Positions 47,752 through 60,385 of a stretch of DNA of 64,000 nt are shown piece by piece (the first letter of the stretch is position 1; each line of letters starts with the position of its first letter). The position numbers and the translations under genes were made by a program. The stretch is taken from contig CAVPPZ010000004.1 of the NCBI GenBank assembly GCA_963707305.1, forward strand, positions 298,590-362,589. Direction: 5' to 3'. The notes beneath the pieces are model-generated. The model was given only the letters and a program-made list of their open reading frames with translations. It was not told where the DNA came from and made no database searches. Origin of the DNA: an uncultured Candidatus Rokubacteria bacterium. GTDB lineage: Bacteria > Methylomirabilota > Methylomirabilia > Rokubacteriales > CSP1-6.

Positions 47752-49383
47752 TCACCGATTCAGCCACGCGGCCATCAGGCGGCCGCCGTAGTCGTAGCCG
47801 ATGTTCGGGCCGTAGTTCTGCAGCGCGCCGTCCCACACGGCGACGTACACGCCGGAGTTCGTGGTGACGTAGTACTGCTGCTTCGCGAGGTAGCGCTGGA
47901 TCTCGGCGACCTGCTCCTTGCGCTTCGGCACGTCGAACGTGCGGCGCTGCCGGACGAGCATGTCGGCGAGGACGGGATCCTTGATGTGGCTCTGGTTGCG
48001 CGGCTCGTCGGGGTAGTACTGGCCGTAGAGGAAGCTGTCGGGCTCGAGGAACGGCGTCTGCGGCCCGTAGGTCATCGAGTCGAACTTGCCGTAGAAGCAG
48101 CTCGTGATGTAGGCGCCGTACTCCTTGGTGTCGAGCTTCGCGGTGATGCCGACGTCCTTGAGGTTCTTCAGGATGATCTGCGTCGAGTCGACGAGCACGG
48201 TGGAGCCGTACGTCGTGAAGCAGATCGTGCCCTGGAACCCGTTCGGGTAGCCCGCCGCCGCGAGGAGGCGCTTGGCCTCGGCGGGGTCGTACTTGAAGTA
48301 CTTCGCGCCTTCGCCGAGCTGCGTGACCGGCACCGCCCAGTCCTTCAGCGCCGCCGGGACCGCCGCGTTGAAGACGCCCACGCCCTCGGCGACCGCGTCG
48401 ATGATGCCCTGGCGGTCGATCGCATGCGAGATCGCGTGGCGCACGCGCACGTCGCTGAAGGGCTTCTGGTCCGTGCGCATCGAGATGTGGCTCATGACGT
48501 TGGCGGGAAACTCCACCGTCTTGAGGTTGGGACGCTTCTTCAGCGCCGAGTCCTTGATCTGCACCCAGTCCGTCCGGTTGATCTGTCCCGGGAACTCCCA
48601 GCCGAGGTCGAACTTGCCGGCCATGAAGGACGCCGTGCGCGACGCGTTGTCCTCGTCGACGAAGATCTCGATCCGGTCGATGTTCGGCAGTCCCGCGATG
48701 AAGAAGTTCGGGTTCCGGACGAGGGTCATGCCCTGGTTCGGCCGGTAGCTGTCGAGCATCCACGGGCCCGTGCCGATGAACGACTCCGGCTTCTTCAGGT
48801 CGCCGAACTTCTCCGACGCTTCCTTGTTGACCATGCCGACGACCATGGGGCTGGCCAGCGTGTCGAGGAACCACGTCGATGGCTCCTTGAGCGTGAACTT
48901 CACGGTGTACTTGTCGACCGCCTCGACCTTGTCGACCGCCTTCAGCATGTGCGCGTTGGCGTGGCCCTGGGTGGTCTGGAAGCGGTTGATCGTGTAGATG
49001 ACGTCGTCGGCCACGAACTCCCGGCCGTTGGCGGGCGGCTTGTTGTGCCAGCGTACCCCGCGGCGCAGCTTGAAGATGTAGGTGGTCTCGTTCGGCTGCG
49101 TCCACGACTCGGCCAGGTCGGGCTCGAACTGGAACGTGCCCGGCACGACGGACGGCCCGGTCTTGTGGCGCACGAGGCGGCTGTGCGTGAACGACATCGG
49201 GATGTGGAGCTTGTACGAGAGGCCGCCTCCCGCGTGCAGGTCGAAGTGCGGCGGATCCCACAGGCGGAGGTTCAGCGTGCCGCCGCGCTTGGGGGCCTGG
49301 GCGCGGACGATCGACGGCACCACGACGGAACCGGCGGCGGTGAGACCACCGGCGATCAACAGCTCACGACGGCTCAAAGCCAT
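47752..49383 (-). CDS. ABC substrate-binding protein family 5 (DppA/OppA-like) with Tat signal, intact
   Basis: MALSRRELLIAGGLTAAGSVV (SRRxLL twin-arginine), GGTLNLRLWDPPHFD, WHNKPPANGREFVADDVIYT. Confidence 0.85.
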   Translation of the reverse strand: MALSRRELLIAGGLTAAGSVVVPSIVRAQAPKRGGTLNLRLWDPPHFDLHAGGGLSYKLHIPMSFTHSRLVRHKTGPSVVPGTFQFEPDLAESWTQPNETTYIFKLRRGVRWHNKPPANGREFVADDVIYTINRFQTTQGHANAHMLKAVDKVEAVDKYTVKFTLKEPSTWFLDTLASPMVVGMVNKEASEKFGDLKKPESFIGTGPWMLDSYRPNQGMTLVRNPNFFIAGLPNIDRIEIFVDEDNASRTASFMAGKFDLGWEFPGQINRTDWVQIKDSALKKRPNLKTVEFPANVMSHISMRTDQKPFSDVRVRHAISHAIDRQGIIDAVAEGVGVFNAAVPAALKDWAVPVTQLGEGAKYFKYDPAEAKRLLAAAGYPNGFQGTICFTTYGSTVLVDSTQIILKNLKDVGITAKLDTKEYGAYITSCFYGKFDSMTYGPQTPFLEPDSFLYGQYYPDEPRNQSHIKDPVLADMLVRQRRTFDVPKRKEQVAEIQRYLAKQQYYVTTNSGVYVAVWDGALQNYGPNIGYDYGGRLMAAWLNR

Positions 49384-49392
49384 GGAATCCTC

Positions 49393-50685
49393 CTACGACG
49401 TGCGCCGCTTCACGGCCGCGAGCGCCTCGTCGAAGATGCCGAGCGTCTCGTCGACGTCGGCATCGGTGTGTGCGAGCGACACGTAGATCTTGTTGACGGC
49501 CTTCACGACGCCGCGGCGCAGGCACTCCTCGTTGAAGAGCGCGATCCGCCGGCGATCGGCGGTGAGCGTCGCGCGATAGTCCACGATGTCCTGGTCCGTG
49601 AAGAGGATGTCGAACACCGGCGCCTCGCCCGACACGCGGGCCGGCATGCCGTGCTTCGCGGCGAGCCGCGTGAGCCCGTCCTTCAGCCGGTTGCCGGTGC
49701 GATGCAGCGTCTCGTACTGGCCGGGCTTGCGGAGCTCGGCGAGCGTCGCGAGCCCGGCCGCGGCGGCGACGGGATTGCCGTTCAACGTCCCCGCCTGCCA
49801 GACGTGCTCGGGCGTGCCTTCGAGCGCGGGATCGAAGTGCTTCATGATGGCGGCGGGCCCCGCGATGCAGCCGAGCGGAAAGCCGCCGGCGAGGATCTTG
49901 CCGAAGGCCGCGATGTCCGGCACGACGCCGTAGTACTCCTGGGCGCCGCCGTACGCGAAGCGGAAGCCGGTCACGATCTCGTCGAAGACCAGCGGCACGT
50001 CGTAGCGGCGCGTCACCGCGCGCAGCCCCTGCAGGAACTGACGGTCGGGGACGATCACACGCTGGTACGGCTCGAGGATGACGGCCGCCAGCTCGTTGTG
50101 ATGCGCGGCGATCAGCGCTTCGGTCGTGGCGAGGTCGTTGTACGGCGCGATCAGCATCGTCTCTTCGAGCGCGTGCGGGATGCCGCCCGGAGTCGCGCAC
50201 CGCCGCCGGGAACGCCTTCGGCGTCCGCGGCGTCACGCTCATGAGCGCGTAGTCGTGGGTGCCGTGGAAGCCGCCCTCGAACTTCATCACCTTCTCGCGG
50301 CCCCGGTAGGCGCGCGCGACGCGCAGCGCGAAGAACGTGGCCTCGCTGCCGCTGGAGGTGAAGCGCACCTGCTCGGCGCACGGCACCGCGCGCACGATCT
50401 CTTCGGAGAGCTCGATGATCGGCTCGTTCAGCAGCATGAACGTCGATCCGTGCGGCACCTGCTTCTGGACGGCGTCGACGACCGGCGGGATGGGAGTGAC
50501 CGAGCACCATGGGGCCGGAGCCGAGGAGGTAGTCGAGGTAGCGGCGTGCCGTTGGTGTCCCAGAGGTACGCGCCGCGCGCGTCCTTCACCACGAACTCGA
50601 GGCCGGGCGCGTGACGGTGGCTCCCGAGCACCCCACCGGGGAGGACACGGGCCGCACGCGCGACGAGGTCGGGCTGCGTGGTCAT
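49393..50685 (-). CDS. Class III aminotransferase (glutamate-1-semialdehyde aminomutase-like), at least 3 frameshifts
   Basis: MTTQPDLVARAARVLPGGV...YLWDTNG / PHGSTFMLLNEPIIELSEEI...FTSSGSEATFFALRVARAY / LVFDEIVTGFRFAYGGAQEYYGVVPDIAAFGKILAGGFP...TLNGNPVAAAAG in three frames. Confidence 0.65.
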
Positions 50686-50760
50686 CGTGACCTGCTTCGC
50701 CAGTCGGATGCCTGGCGCGCCGGCACTCGGCCAGTGCAAAGTTGGCGGATTATACAGCGG

Positions 50761-51746
50761 TTACGGGAGAAGAACGCCGGAGCCCGCGAACGCACCTTGC
50801 TTGAGGGACAGGAGCGCGCGGTTCGCGTCCTCCAGGGGAAAGGTGGTCACCGTCGGGCGGATCGGGATCTTCGCGGCCTCCGCCAGCAGCTCCTCGCCGT
50901 CGGCGCGGGTGTTCGCCGTGACCGACGTGATGCGGCGCTCCTGGAAGAGGTCCTCGTACGGGAGCGGCGGGATGGTGGACATGTAGATGCCGGCCAGCGC
51001 GAGCGTCCCGCCGCGCGCGAGGTTCTTCAGCGCGAGCGGGACCAGATCCCCGGCCGGGGCGAAGATGATCGCGCCGTCGACCGGATGCGGCATCGGCTCG
51101 GGGATGTCGCCCGCCCACGCCGCGCCGAGCGTGCGCGCCAGCGCGCGGTGGGACGCTTCGCGCGTGCACACGAACACCTCGCAGCCTCGCGCGCGCGCGA
51201 CCTGGATCGTCACGCTCGCCGACGAGCCGAAGCCGTAGAGGCCGAGCCGCCCGCCGGGCCGCACCGCGCTGAGGCGCAGCGCGCGATACCCGATGATGCC
51301 CGCGCAGAGCAGCGGCGCCGCCTCCGCGTCGTCGAGCGTGCCCGGCAGCGGGTACGCGAAGGCTTCCGGCACCGTGACGTAGTCGGCGAACCCGCCGTCG
51401 GCATGCCAGCCGGTGAAGCTCGCGCGCTCGCAGAGATTCTCGCGGCCCTCCCGGCAGAAGACGCACGTCCCGCACGTCCATCGCAGCCAGGCGACGCCGA
51501 CCCGGTCTCCCGCCCGCAGGCGGGCGCCATCACGGACGACGCGACCGACGACCTGATGGCCGGGCACGATCGGCGTGACGACGAGGGGAAGATCGCCCTC
51601 GACGACGTGGAGGTCGGTGCGGCAGACCCCGCACGCGCGCACCTCGACGAGGATCTCGCCGGGAGCGGGTGACGGCACGGCGCGCTCCTCGCGCACGAGC
51701 GGCGCCGTGTCGATCGGCGCCTGCGCGTGGACGGCGAAGCGCCCGC
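50761..51746 (-). CDS. Zinc-dependent alcohol dehydrogenase (MDR family)
   Basis: GEILVEVRACGVCRTDLHVVEGDLP, CGTCVFCREGRENLC, GLYGFGSSASV. Start region appears to carry an indel. Confidence 0.75.
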
Positions 51747-51748
51747 AC

Positions 51749-52602
51749 TCAGCCGCCCGCGCGCGCGATGACCTTGCGGGCGCGGGTGAGATGCGGCGCG
51801 TCCACCATCTGGCCCTTGAAGCGAAACGCGAAGACGCCGCGCGCGCGCGTGCTCGTCGAACTGCGCCACGAGCTCGCGCGCCTCGGCCACGTCGTGCGGC
51901 GCACGGGGTGAAGACCTCGTTGATGACCTCGATCTGGCTCGGATGGATCGAGATCTTCCCGGTGAAGCCCATCGCCACGGCTTCCTCGCATTCGCGGCGC
52001 AGGCCCTCGAGGTCGGCGATGTCGGTGAAGACGGTGTCCATCGCCTCGATGCCCGCCGCGGACGCGGCGACCGCGCACATCACGCGCGCATAGCGCGGGA
52101 TGTCGAGGTACTGTCCGCGCGCGTCTCGCACGCGGGGCAGCCCCATGGCCGCCGACAGGTCCTCGACGCCCCAGGTGAGCGTGACGGTGCGCGGGCTGGC
52201 CGTGGCGATCTCGGCGATGTTGAGCAGACCTTCCGGCACCTCGGTGGCGAGGACGACGAGCTTCGTGCTGCCGAAGGGCACGCCGTGCGCGGCCTCGAGA
52301 CGTTCGAGGTGGTTGACGATCGCGTGGACGTCGCTCGCGCGGCGCGCCTTGGGGACGATGTAGCCCTCGGGCCGTCCGGCGATGGTTTCTTCCAGGTCGG
52401 CCACCGCGAGGTCGGTGAAGATCGGATTCATGCGCACCCAGCGCTCGCGGCCGCCGAAGTCGAGCTTCTGCAGCCACTCGCGCACGATCGGCCGCGTGGC
52501 CGCCTTGCGGTCCGGCGGCACCGCGTCTTCCAGGTCGAGGATCAGGCCGTCCGCGGGCAGCGTGAGCGCCTTCGCGATCATCTTCTCGTTGCCGCCGGGC
52601 AC
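51749..52602 (-). CDS. CitE / HpcH-HpaI aldolase family (citryl-, malyl- or citramalyl-CoA lyase-like), 2-3 frameshifts near the 3' end; N-terminus truncated in frame
   Basis: VPGGNEKMIAKAL, ADGLILDLEDAV, GSTKLVVLATEV, then shifted C-terminus GVFAFRFKGQMVDAPHLTRARKVIA. Confidence 0.65.
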
Positions 52603-52629
52603 GAAGTGCAGACGAGCGCCGCCGGGTCA

Positions 52630-53082
52630 TCACGCGGGCTTCTTCCGCATCATGGCCTGCCGCACGCAGCGGACGACGAGGTCGCCGTGCTGGTTCTTGC
52701 CGCGGTGCTCGAAGGTGACGATCCCCCACTGCGGCCGTGACTTCGACTCGCGCCGGTCCACGACCTCGGTCTCGGAGTAGATCGTGTCGCCGTGGAACAC
52801 GGGCTTGGGGAACTCGGTCTTCTCGAAGCCGAGGTTGCCGACCGTCGTCCCGAGCGTGGTCTCGCCGACCGAGAGGCCGATGACCACGCCGAGCGTGAAC
52901 AGGCTGTTCACGAGCGGCTTGCCGAACTCCGCCTTCGACGCCGCGTGGAAGTCGACGTGCAGCGGCTGCGGGTTCATGGTGAGACAGGAGAAGAAGACGT
53001 TGTCCGCCTCGGTCACCGTCCGTCCCGGCTGGTGCTGGAAGGTCAGCCCCACCGTCAGCTCTTCGTAGTACTTGCCGGCCAT
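52630..53082 (-). CDS. MaoC-like dehydratase, hot-dog fold (itaconyl-/mesaconyl-CoA-hydratase-like size), intact
   Basis: [39 protein letters not shown]...[19 protein letters not shown]. Confidence 0.8.
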   Translation of the reverse strand: MAGKYYEELTVGLTFQHQPGRTVTEADNVFFSCLTMNPQPLHVDFHAASKAEFGKPLVNSLFTLGVVIGLSVGETTLGTTVGNLGFEKTEFPKPVFHGDTIYSETEVVDRRESKSRPQWGIVTFEHRGKNQHGDLVVRCVRQAMMRKKPA

Positions 53083-53180
53083 CGCCGTCCTCCGTGTACG
53101 TCGTTCGCCGCGTAGTGTACGTCAACGGCGGAACGCGCTCCGTGAGGCCGATCGCTGCTACGCTGCGGGAGGGCGAGGCC

Positions 53181-53663
53181 ATGGCGGCGCGATCACAGGG
53201 CACGCGGATCGGTGTCATCTCCGACACGCACGGGCTGCTGCGTCCGGAGGCCGTGCGCGCGCTGCGCGGGAGTGCGCTCATCCTGCACGCGGGCGACGTC
53301 GGGGCGCCGGAGGTGCTCGAGGCGCTCCGCGGCATCGCGCCGGTCGTCGCCGTGCGAGGCAACAACGACCACGGCGGCTGGGCGCGGGCGTTGCGGGAGC
53401 GGGAGATCGTGGAGGTCGACGGCGCGCGCCTGCTCGTCATCCACGATCTGAAGACCTTGGCTCGCACGCCGCGCCGATGTCGCGGTCATCATCGCGGGGC
53501 ACTCCCACCAGCCGTCGATCACGCGGCGAGACGGCATCGTCTTCCTCAATCCCGGCAGCGCCGGGCCCCGGCGGTTCTCCCTCCCCGTCACCGTCGCGAC
53601 CGTCCGCGCGCAGCGCGGACGAGTGCGAGCGCGCATCGTCGATCTCCCGGTCGCACCGCGATG
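53181..53663 (+). CDS. YfcE/MJ0936-type metallophosphoesterase, one frameshift near 53460
   Basis: RIGVISDTHGL, ILHAGDVG, AVRGNNDHG, then shifted VIIAGHSHQPSITRRDGIVFLNPGSAG. Confidence 0.65.
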
Positions 53664-53753
53664 ACGGTCGCGGCCGCGGGGCGGTGCTATCATCGCGAGC
53701 AGATGGAATCCGGTGACGCGGCCATCGCGGCCGCGGCAGGGAGGCGCTGAGCC

Positions 53754-54978
53754 GTGGCGGACCGTTACGACATCACGATCATCGGCGGCGGCATCGTCGG
53801 GCCTGGCCACCGCCCTCGCGATCACCGAGAAGCATCCCGGCATCCGGCTCGTGATCCTCGAGAAGGAATCCGAGCATCGCCACGCACCAGACCGGGCACA
53901 ACAGCGGCGTCATCCACTCCGGCATCTACTACAAGCCCGGCTCGTACAAGGCGCAGCACTGCGTCGAGGGCAAGGGGCTGATGCGGCGAGTTCTGCGAGA
54001 AGCACGCGATCAAGATCGACGACTGCGGCAAGGTCATCGTCGCGACCACGCCCGGAGGAGCTGCCGCGCCTGACACGCTCTACGAGCGCGGCGCAGGCCA
54101 ACGGCGTGCCCGGTGGAGATGATCGAGCGCCGAGCGGCTGCGCGAGATCGAGCCGCACGCGGCGGGCATCCGCGCGATCTGCTCGCCCACCACCGCCATC
54201 GTCGACTACATCGAGGTGGCGGCGGCGATCGGCGCGCGATCTGCGGCAGCGCGGCGTGGAGATCGAGACGAACGCCGCCGTCACCAACATCGCGCGCACC
54301 GGCGACGGCCTCGACCTCTGGGCGACGCGCCGCGCGGTGCTGACCCGCGCGCCTCGTCAACTGCGCCGGGCTCTACTCCGACGTGGTCGCGCGCATGGCG
54401 GGCGCGACGCCGGACGTGCAGATCGTGCCGTTCCGCGGCGAGTACTACATGCTGCGCCCGGAGCGCGTCACCTGGTCGCACGGCCTGATCTACCCGGTGC
54501 CCGATCCGGAGTTCCCGTTCCTCGGCGTGCACTTCACCCGCACCATCCACGGCGAGGTGGAGGCCGGGCCCAACGCGGTGCTCGCCTTCGCGCGCGAGGG
54601 CTACACGTTCTGGACGGTGCGGCCGGGCGAGCTGGGCCAGACGCTGAGCTACTCGCGGCTTCTGGCACATGGCGCGCAAGTACTGGAAGACCGGCGCGCT
54701 ACGAGGTGTACCGCTCGCTGTCGAAGAAGGCGTTCGTGAAGGCCCTGCAGCGGCTCGTCCCGGAGATCCGTCCCGAGGACGTCGAGCGCGGGCGGCGCCG
54801 GGGTGCGCGCCCAGGCCGTGGCGCCGGACGGCTCGCTCGTCGACGACTTCCGCATCGTCGACGACTCCGACGCGCATCCACGTGCTCAACGCGCCGTCAC
54901 CCGGCGCGACCGCCTCGCTGGCGATCGGCCGCCACATCGCCGGGCTGGCCGCGGAGACGCTTCGGTCTGACCTAAGGC
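53754..54978 (+). CDS. FAD-dependent L-2-hydroxyglutarate oxidase/dehydrogenase (LhgO-like), about 10 frameshifts
   Basis: [83 protein letters not shown]...[61 protein letters not shown], pieced from all three frames. Confidence 0.65.
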
Positions 54979-55038
54979 GATCGTAGGGCACCGCCAAATC
55001 AAGGAACTACCGGTTGGGATAGTCCAAAAACCCCTCTG

Positions 55039-55068
55039 TTGACAGGGGTTTGCGGCATCGGATAGCAT
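55039..55068 (+). promoter_or_regulatory. Sigma-70-like promoter: TTGACA - 17/18 nt - ATAGCA/TAGCAT, within an AT-richer 80-bp intergenic patch
   Basis: TTGACA at 55039-55044 is a perfect -35 and is embedded in the near-palindrome CCCTCTGTTGACAGGG. The ATG of the downstream gene is at 55080, so the leader is very short. Confidence 0.35.
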
Positions 55069-55079
55069 GTGCTGTGCAC

Positions 55080-56223
55080 ATGATCACCGTGCCGGCGCGC
55101 CGCGTCAAGCAGTTCGGCGTCGAGTTCTACCAGGCTGGACTCTCCGCGAAGGACATCGATCGGCTGGTGAAGTTCGAGGTGCTCGGCTACACCGGGCGAC
55201 GAGAAGCCCGAGCCGAAGACCAGCAAGGCCCGGACGAGCGTCCGCGCGCCGCGTCAACTGGGACAGCCTCGAGAAGCGGATCAGCGAGAGCGAGAGCGCG
55301 TACCAGCGGCCCGGTCATCCGCCGCAAGATCGACGAGCTGGCCGCCTACTACCGCGAGTGCAAGGACGCGGCGACGCTGCCCGCCATCCCGGGCGCGGTG
55401 ATCATCACCTCGGAGAAGCGGTTCACCTTCACGCCGGTCGCCGGCCACCACGACCTCGGGCTCGCTGCAGATCCCCGAGGAGCACGGCGTGCTGCGCGTG
55501 CTCGACGGCCAGCATCGCCTGCTCGCGCTGCACGCGCTCAACCAGCAGGGCGAGAACGTGGGCATCGAGGTCCCGGCCGTGCTGTTCGACTCGCTGGACG
55601 CGCGCCAGATCGTCGAGCTGTTCGTGACGATCAACGCCAAGCACACGCGGCTGAACCCGTCGCACATCATCAGCCTCGCCGGGCGCAAGCTCTATCCCGA
55701 TCCGAACCAGGCACTCGCGCACGACGTGATCCGCTCGCTGAACGAGGACGAGACCTCGCCGCTGCGTCGGCGAGATCAAGATGCTCGGCACCGGGCGCGG
55801 CCGGGTCAGCCAGGCGCCGCTGGCCGAGGAGATCGTCGACTTCCTCGAGACCGTGGAGAAGGTGGGCGACGGGCGCGCGGCTCTCCGAGATCCGCAGCGG
55901 GCGCCAAGCGCTTCTTCCTCAACTACATGAAGGCGCTCTCGACCACGTTCCCGCAGGCGTGGGTGGGCCGGAAGTACTCGATCAAGACCGGCGCCGCCCT
56001 CCGCGCGTTCATCCGCGTGGCCCCGGACGTGATGGCGCGCGCCCGCGAGCTTCGCCGCGATCCGTTCGACCTCAACGCGATCCGCGAGGCCATCAAGCCG
56101 TGGGGCGAGCGCCTGCGCGACCGCCGCTTCGAGACCGAGGGCGAGTGGAAGCTGAAGCTCGCCGGCGGCACGCGCGGCACCGTCGAAGTCCTCGGCCGCG
56201 AACTTCGCGACGCACTCCGCTGA
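55080..56223 (+). CDS. DGQHR-domain protein (DndB-like, ParB/Srx nuclease fold), standalone; 5-6 frameshifts
   Basis: MITVPARRVKQFGVEFYQAGLSAKDIDRLVKF, AIPGAVIITS, VLDGQHRLLALHAL (the DGQHR signature), LFVTINAKHTRLNPSHII, FFLNYMKALSTTFPQAWVGRKYSIKTGAALRAF. Confidence 0.7.
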
Positions 56224-56225
56224 CC

Positions 56226-56345
56226 CCGGAGGGGGGCTTCGCCCCCCTTCCGGCGGTCGTCGCGCGCCTGACGGCGCGCTCCTCCCTGCCTCCCCCAGGA
56301 GGATTGCGGCGGCAAAGCCGCCGCTCGGAATCCGCGGATCAATCG
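56226..56345. repeat. Left copy of a ~110-120-bp inverted-repeat element. Begins with the hairpin CCGGAGGGGGGC-TTC-GCCCCCCTTCCGG and contains a second hairpin GCGGCGGC-AAA-GCCGCCGC
   Basis: Immediately after the DGQHR stop. Its reverse complement matches 58780-58902 at roughly 85%, read by eye. Confidence 0.6.
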
Positions 56346-56460
56346 CGTCTGCCTTCTCGTCGCCGAGCGATGGCAGATTCCTCGTCCGGAAGCGCTCCGA
56401 AGAATCGCGTAGGCTTCCAGGTGAGATGGTGGCATCGGGATCGCATGGCGCGGAGGCGGG

Positions 56461-58650
<2,190 letters not shown>

Positions 58651-58779
58651 AGGCAGGCGGCCTGAAGCGCTCGGCGTGAGGTGCGTGATCACGTCTCGCG
58701 GTCACGCGGCCCGAGCGCGCGTCGGATCGATTCCTAGCGCTGCTCCGCCGACATCACTCCTGTTGCTCAGCGGAGCCCG

Positions 58780-58902
58780 ATGAGATCAGCAGTGTCCGAG
58801 CGCGGGCTTCGCCCGCGCAATCCTGCTGCTGGGGGGAGGCAGGGAGGAGTGCGCCCTCAGGCGCGCGACGACCGCCGGAAGGGGGGCGAAGCCCCCCTCC
58901 GG
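58780..58902. repeat. Right copy (inverted) of the repeat element. Ends with the hairpin CCGGAAGGGGGGC-GAA-GCCCCCCTCCGG and contains GCGGGC-TTC-GCCCGC with compensatory stem changes relative to the left copy
   Basis: Ends 1 nt before the stop of the convergent HDOD gene, so it sits exactly between glgB and that gene. Confidence 0.6.
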
Positions 58903-58903
58903 G

Positions 58904-59776
58904 CTAATACCGCCAGAGCGTCTCGATCACCAGGAGATCGCGGGCCGCGTCGGCGCGCGTCTCGTCGACGATCCGCCCGAGGGCGTCCGGCTCGAGGTTC
59001 AGCAGCGCGATCGCTTCTTCGATCGTCTCCACGTGCGCGCCTTCGCACATGTTCGAGGCGTCGTCCTCGTTGCAGAGCGCGTCGGCGAGCGCCACCACGG
59101 CCGCGAGCCAGCGCGCCGGCGCGGGGGCCGACGCGAAGTCGTGGTGGAACTCGATCACGCTCGTGATCGCCTCGGGGAACGCCCAGTGGATCGCGAGGCG
59201 AGCCCCGAGCTGCGCGTGGTCCACGCCGAGCATCTGGCGTTCGACCTGCCAGCGCGCCATCCGGTTCTCCGTGGCGTACGCGACCACGGCGGCGTCCTCA
59301 CGCGCATGATGGCGGCCGAGCGCCAGGAGCCCGATGTCGTGGATGAGCGCGGCGAGGAACGCGTGCTCGGCCTGGCCGCTCGCGTTCCACTTCACCGCGT
59401 GTCGCGCGACGACGTTGGCCGCGTGCGCCACCGCCAGGCTGTGACGCCAGAAGGCCTGCCGCTGGGCGCCCGTGCCCGGCACGGCCGAGTAGAAGCTCAG
59501 CAGGAACGCGAGCCGCCGGACCTCCAGGACGCCGAGGCGCATGATCGCGCTGTGGATCGAGACGGTCGGAGCATGCCCCGCGTACGCGACGGTGTTGGCG
59601 GAGCTGATCACCCGAGCGGTCAGGACCGGGTCGCGACGGATGATCCGCTCGATGTCGCGGAAATCGACATCGTCGCCGCTGAGCGTCCCCGTGAGCTGCG
59701 CCACCACCGGGGACAGGGGGGGCAGCTCCGCGAGGAGCCGAGGGTCGTTTCCGATCCGCGAGACGGGGGCGGCCAT
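58904..59776 (-). CDS. HDOD-domain signalling protein
   Basis: DIERIIRRDPVLTARVISSANTVAYA, IMRLGVLEVRRLAF, LAALIHDIGLLAL. Confidence 0.8.
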   Translation of the reverse strand: MAAPVSRIGNDPRLLAELPPLSPVVAQLTGTLSGDDVDFRDIERIIRRDPVLTARVISSANTVAYAGHAPTVSIHSAIMRLGVLEVRRLAFLLSFYSAVPGTGAQRQAFWRHSLAVAHAANVVARHAVKWNASGQAEHAFLAALIHDIGLLALGRHHAREDAAVVAYATENRMARWQVERQMLGVDHAQLGARLAIHWAFPEAITSVIEFHHDFASAPAPARWLAAVVALADALCNEDDASNMCEGAHVETIEEAIALLNLEPDALGRIVDETRADAARDLLVIETLWRY

Positions 59777-59819
59777 GGTGCTCTCTCTATCGGCCGCCGC
59801 CCGGCGGGAGTTGAGGCGG

Positions 59820-60343
59820 CTACCCGGCGTCGATCTGTGCGGGATTCTTGAGCTTGTCGCCCGGCCGCATGTTCAGGACCGCCTCCGGGAAGATCTCGGC
59901 GAGCCAGCGCACCACGTCGTTGACGGTGACGATGCCGATCGGCCGGTGGCGGTCGTCGACGAGCGGCAGGCTGCGGAACCCGCCGTTGTGCATCCGGTTG
60001 ATGGCGAAGCAGATGCGGTCGTCCGGCCGGAGCGACTCCGGTTCGGGCGTCATCACGTCGGCCAGCAGGGTGTCGCGGGCGACGCGCCCCGCTCCCATCA
60101 CGCGGGTGAGGACGTCCCGCTCGGTGAAGATGCCGATGAGACGGTCGTCGTGTCGACGATCACCACCGCGGCCCGGCGGTTCTGGACCATGGCCTGGATG
60201 GCACGCGCGACGCTATGGTCCGCGTGAAGCTTCAGCGGCTCGCTCGGCGCGAGGAGCCGCACGGTGTCTTCGAGGAGCGCGCCCTCCGTCCTGCGGAACT
60301 CGGTCTCGAGCGATTCGGAATACTCGTCGCCCGGCTCGTTCAT
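59820..60343 (-). CDS. CBS-pair domain protein, one frameshift near 60100
   Basis: AVVIVD... / LADVMTPEPESLRPDDRICFAINRMHNGGFRSLPLVDDRHRPIGIVTVNDVVRWL. Confidence 0.7.
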
Positions 60344-60385
60344 GCTCGTGCTCCCTGCGTCCGTCGGTGACCGCCTTGATGACCG

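Noticed and set aside
47665-50244. 859-aa plus-strand ORF
   Set aside because: Antisense to the intact substrate-binding protein and aminotransferase genes. Low-complexity translation.
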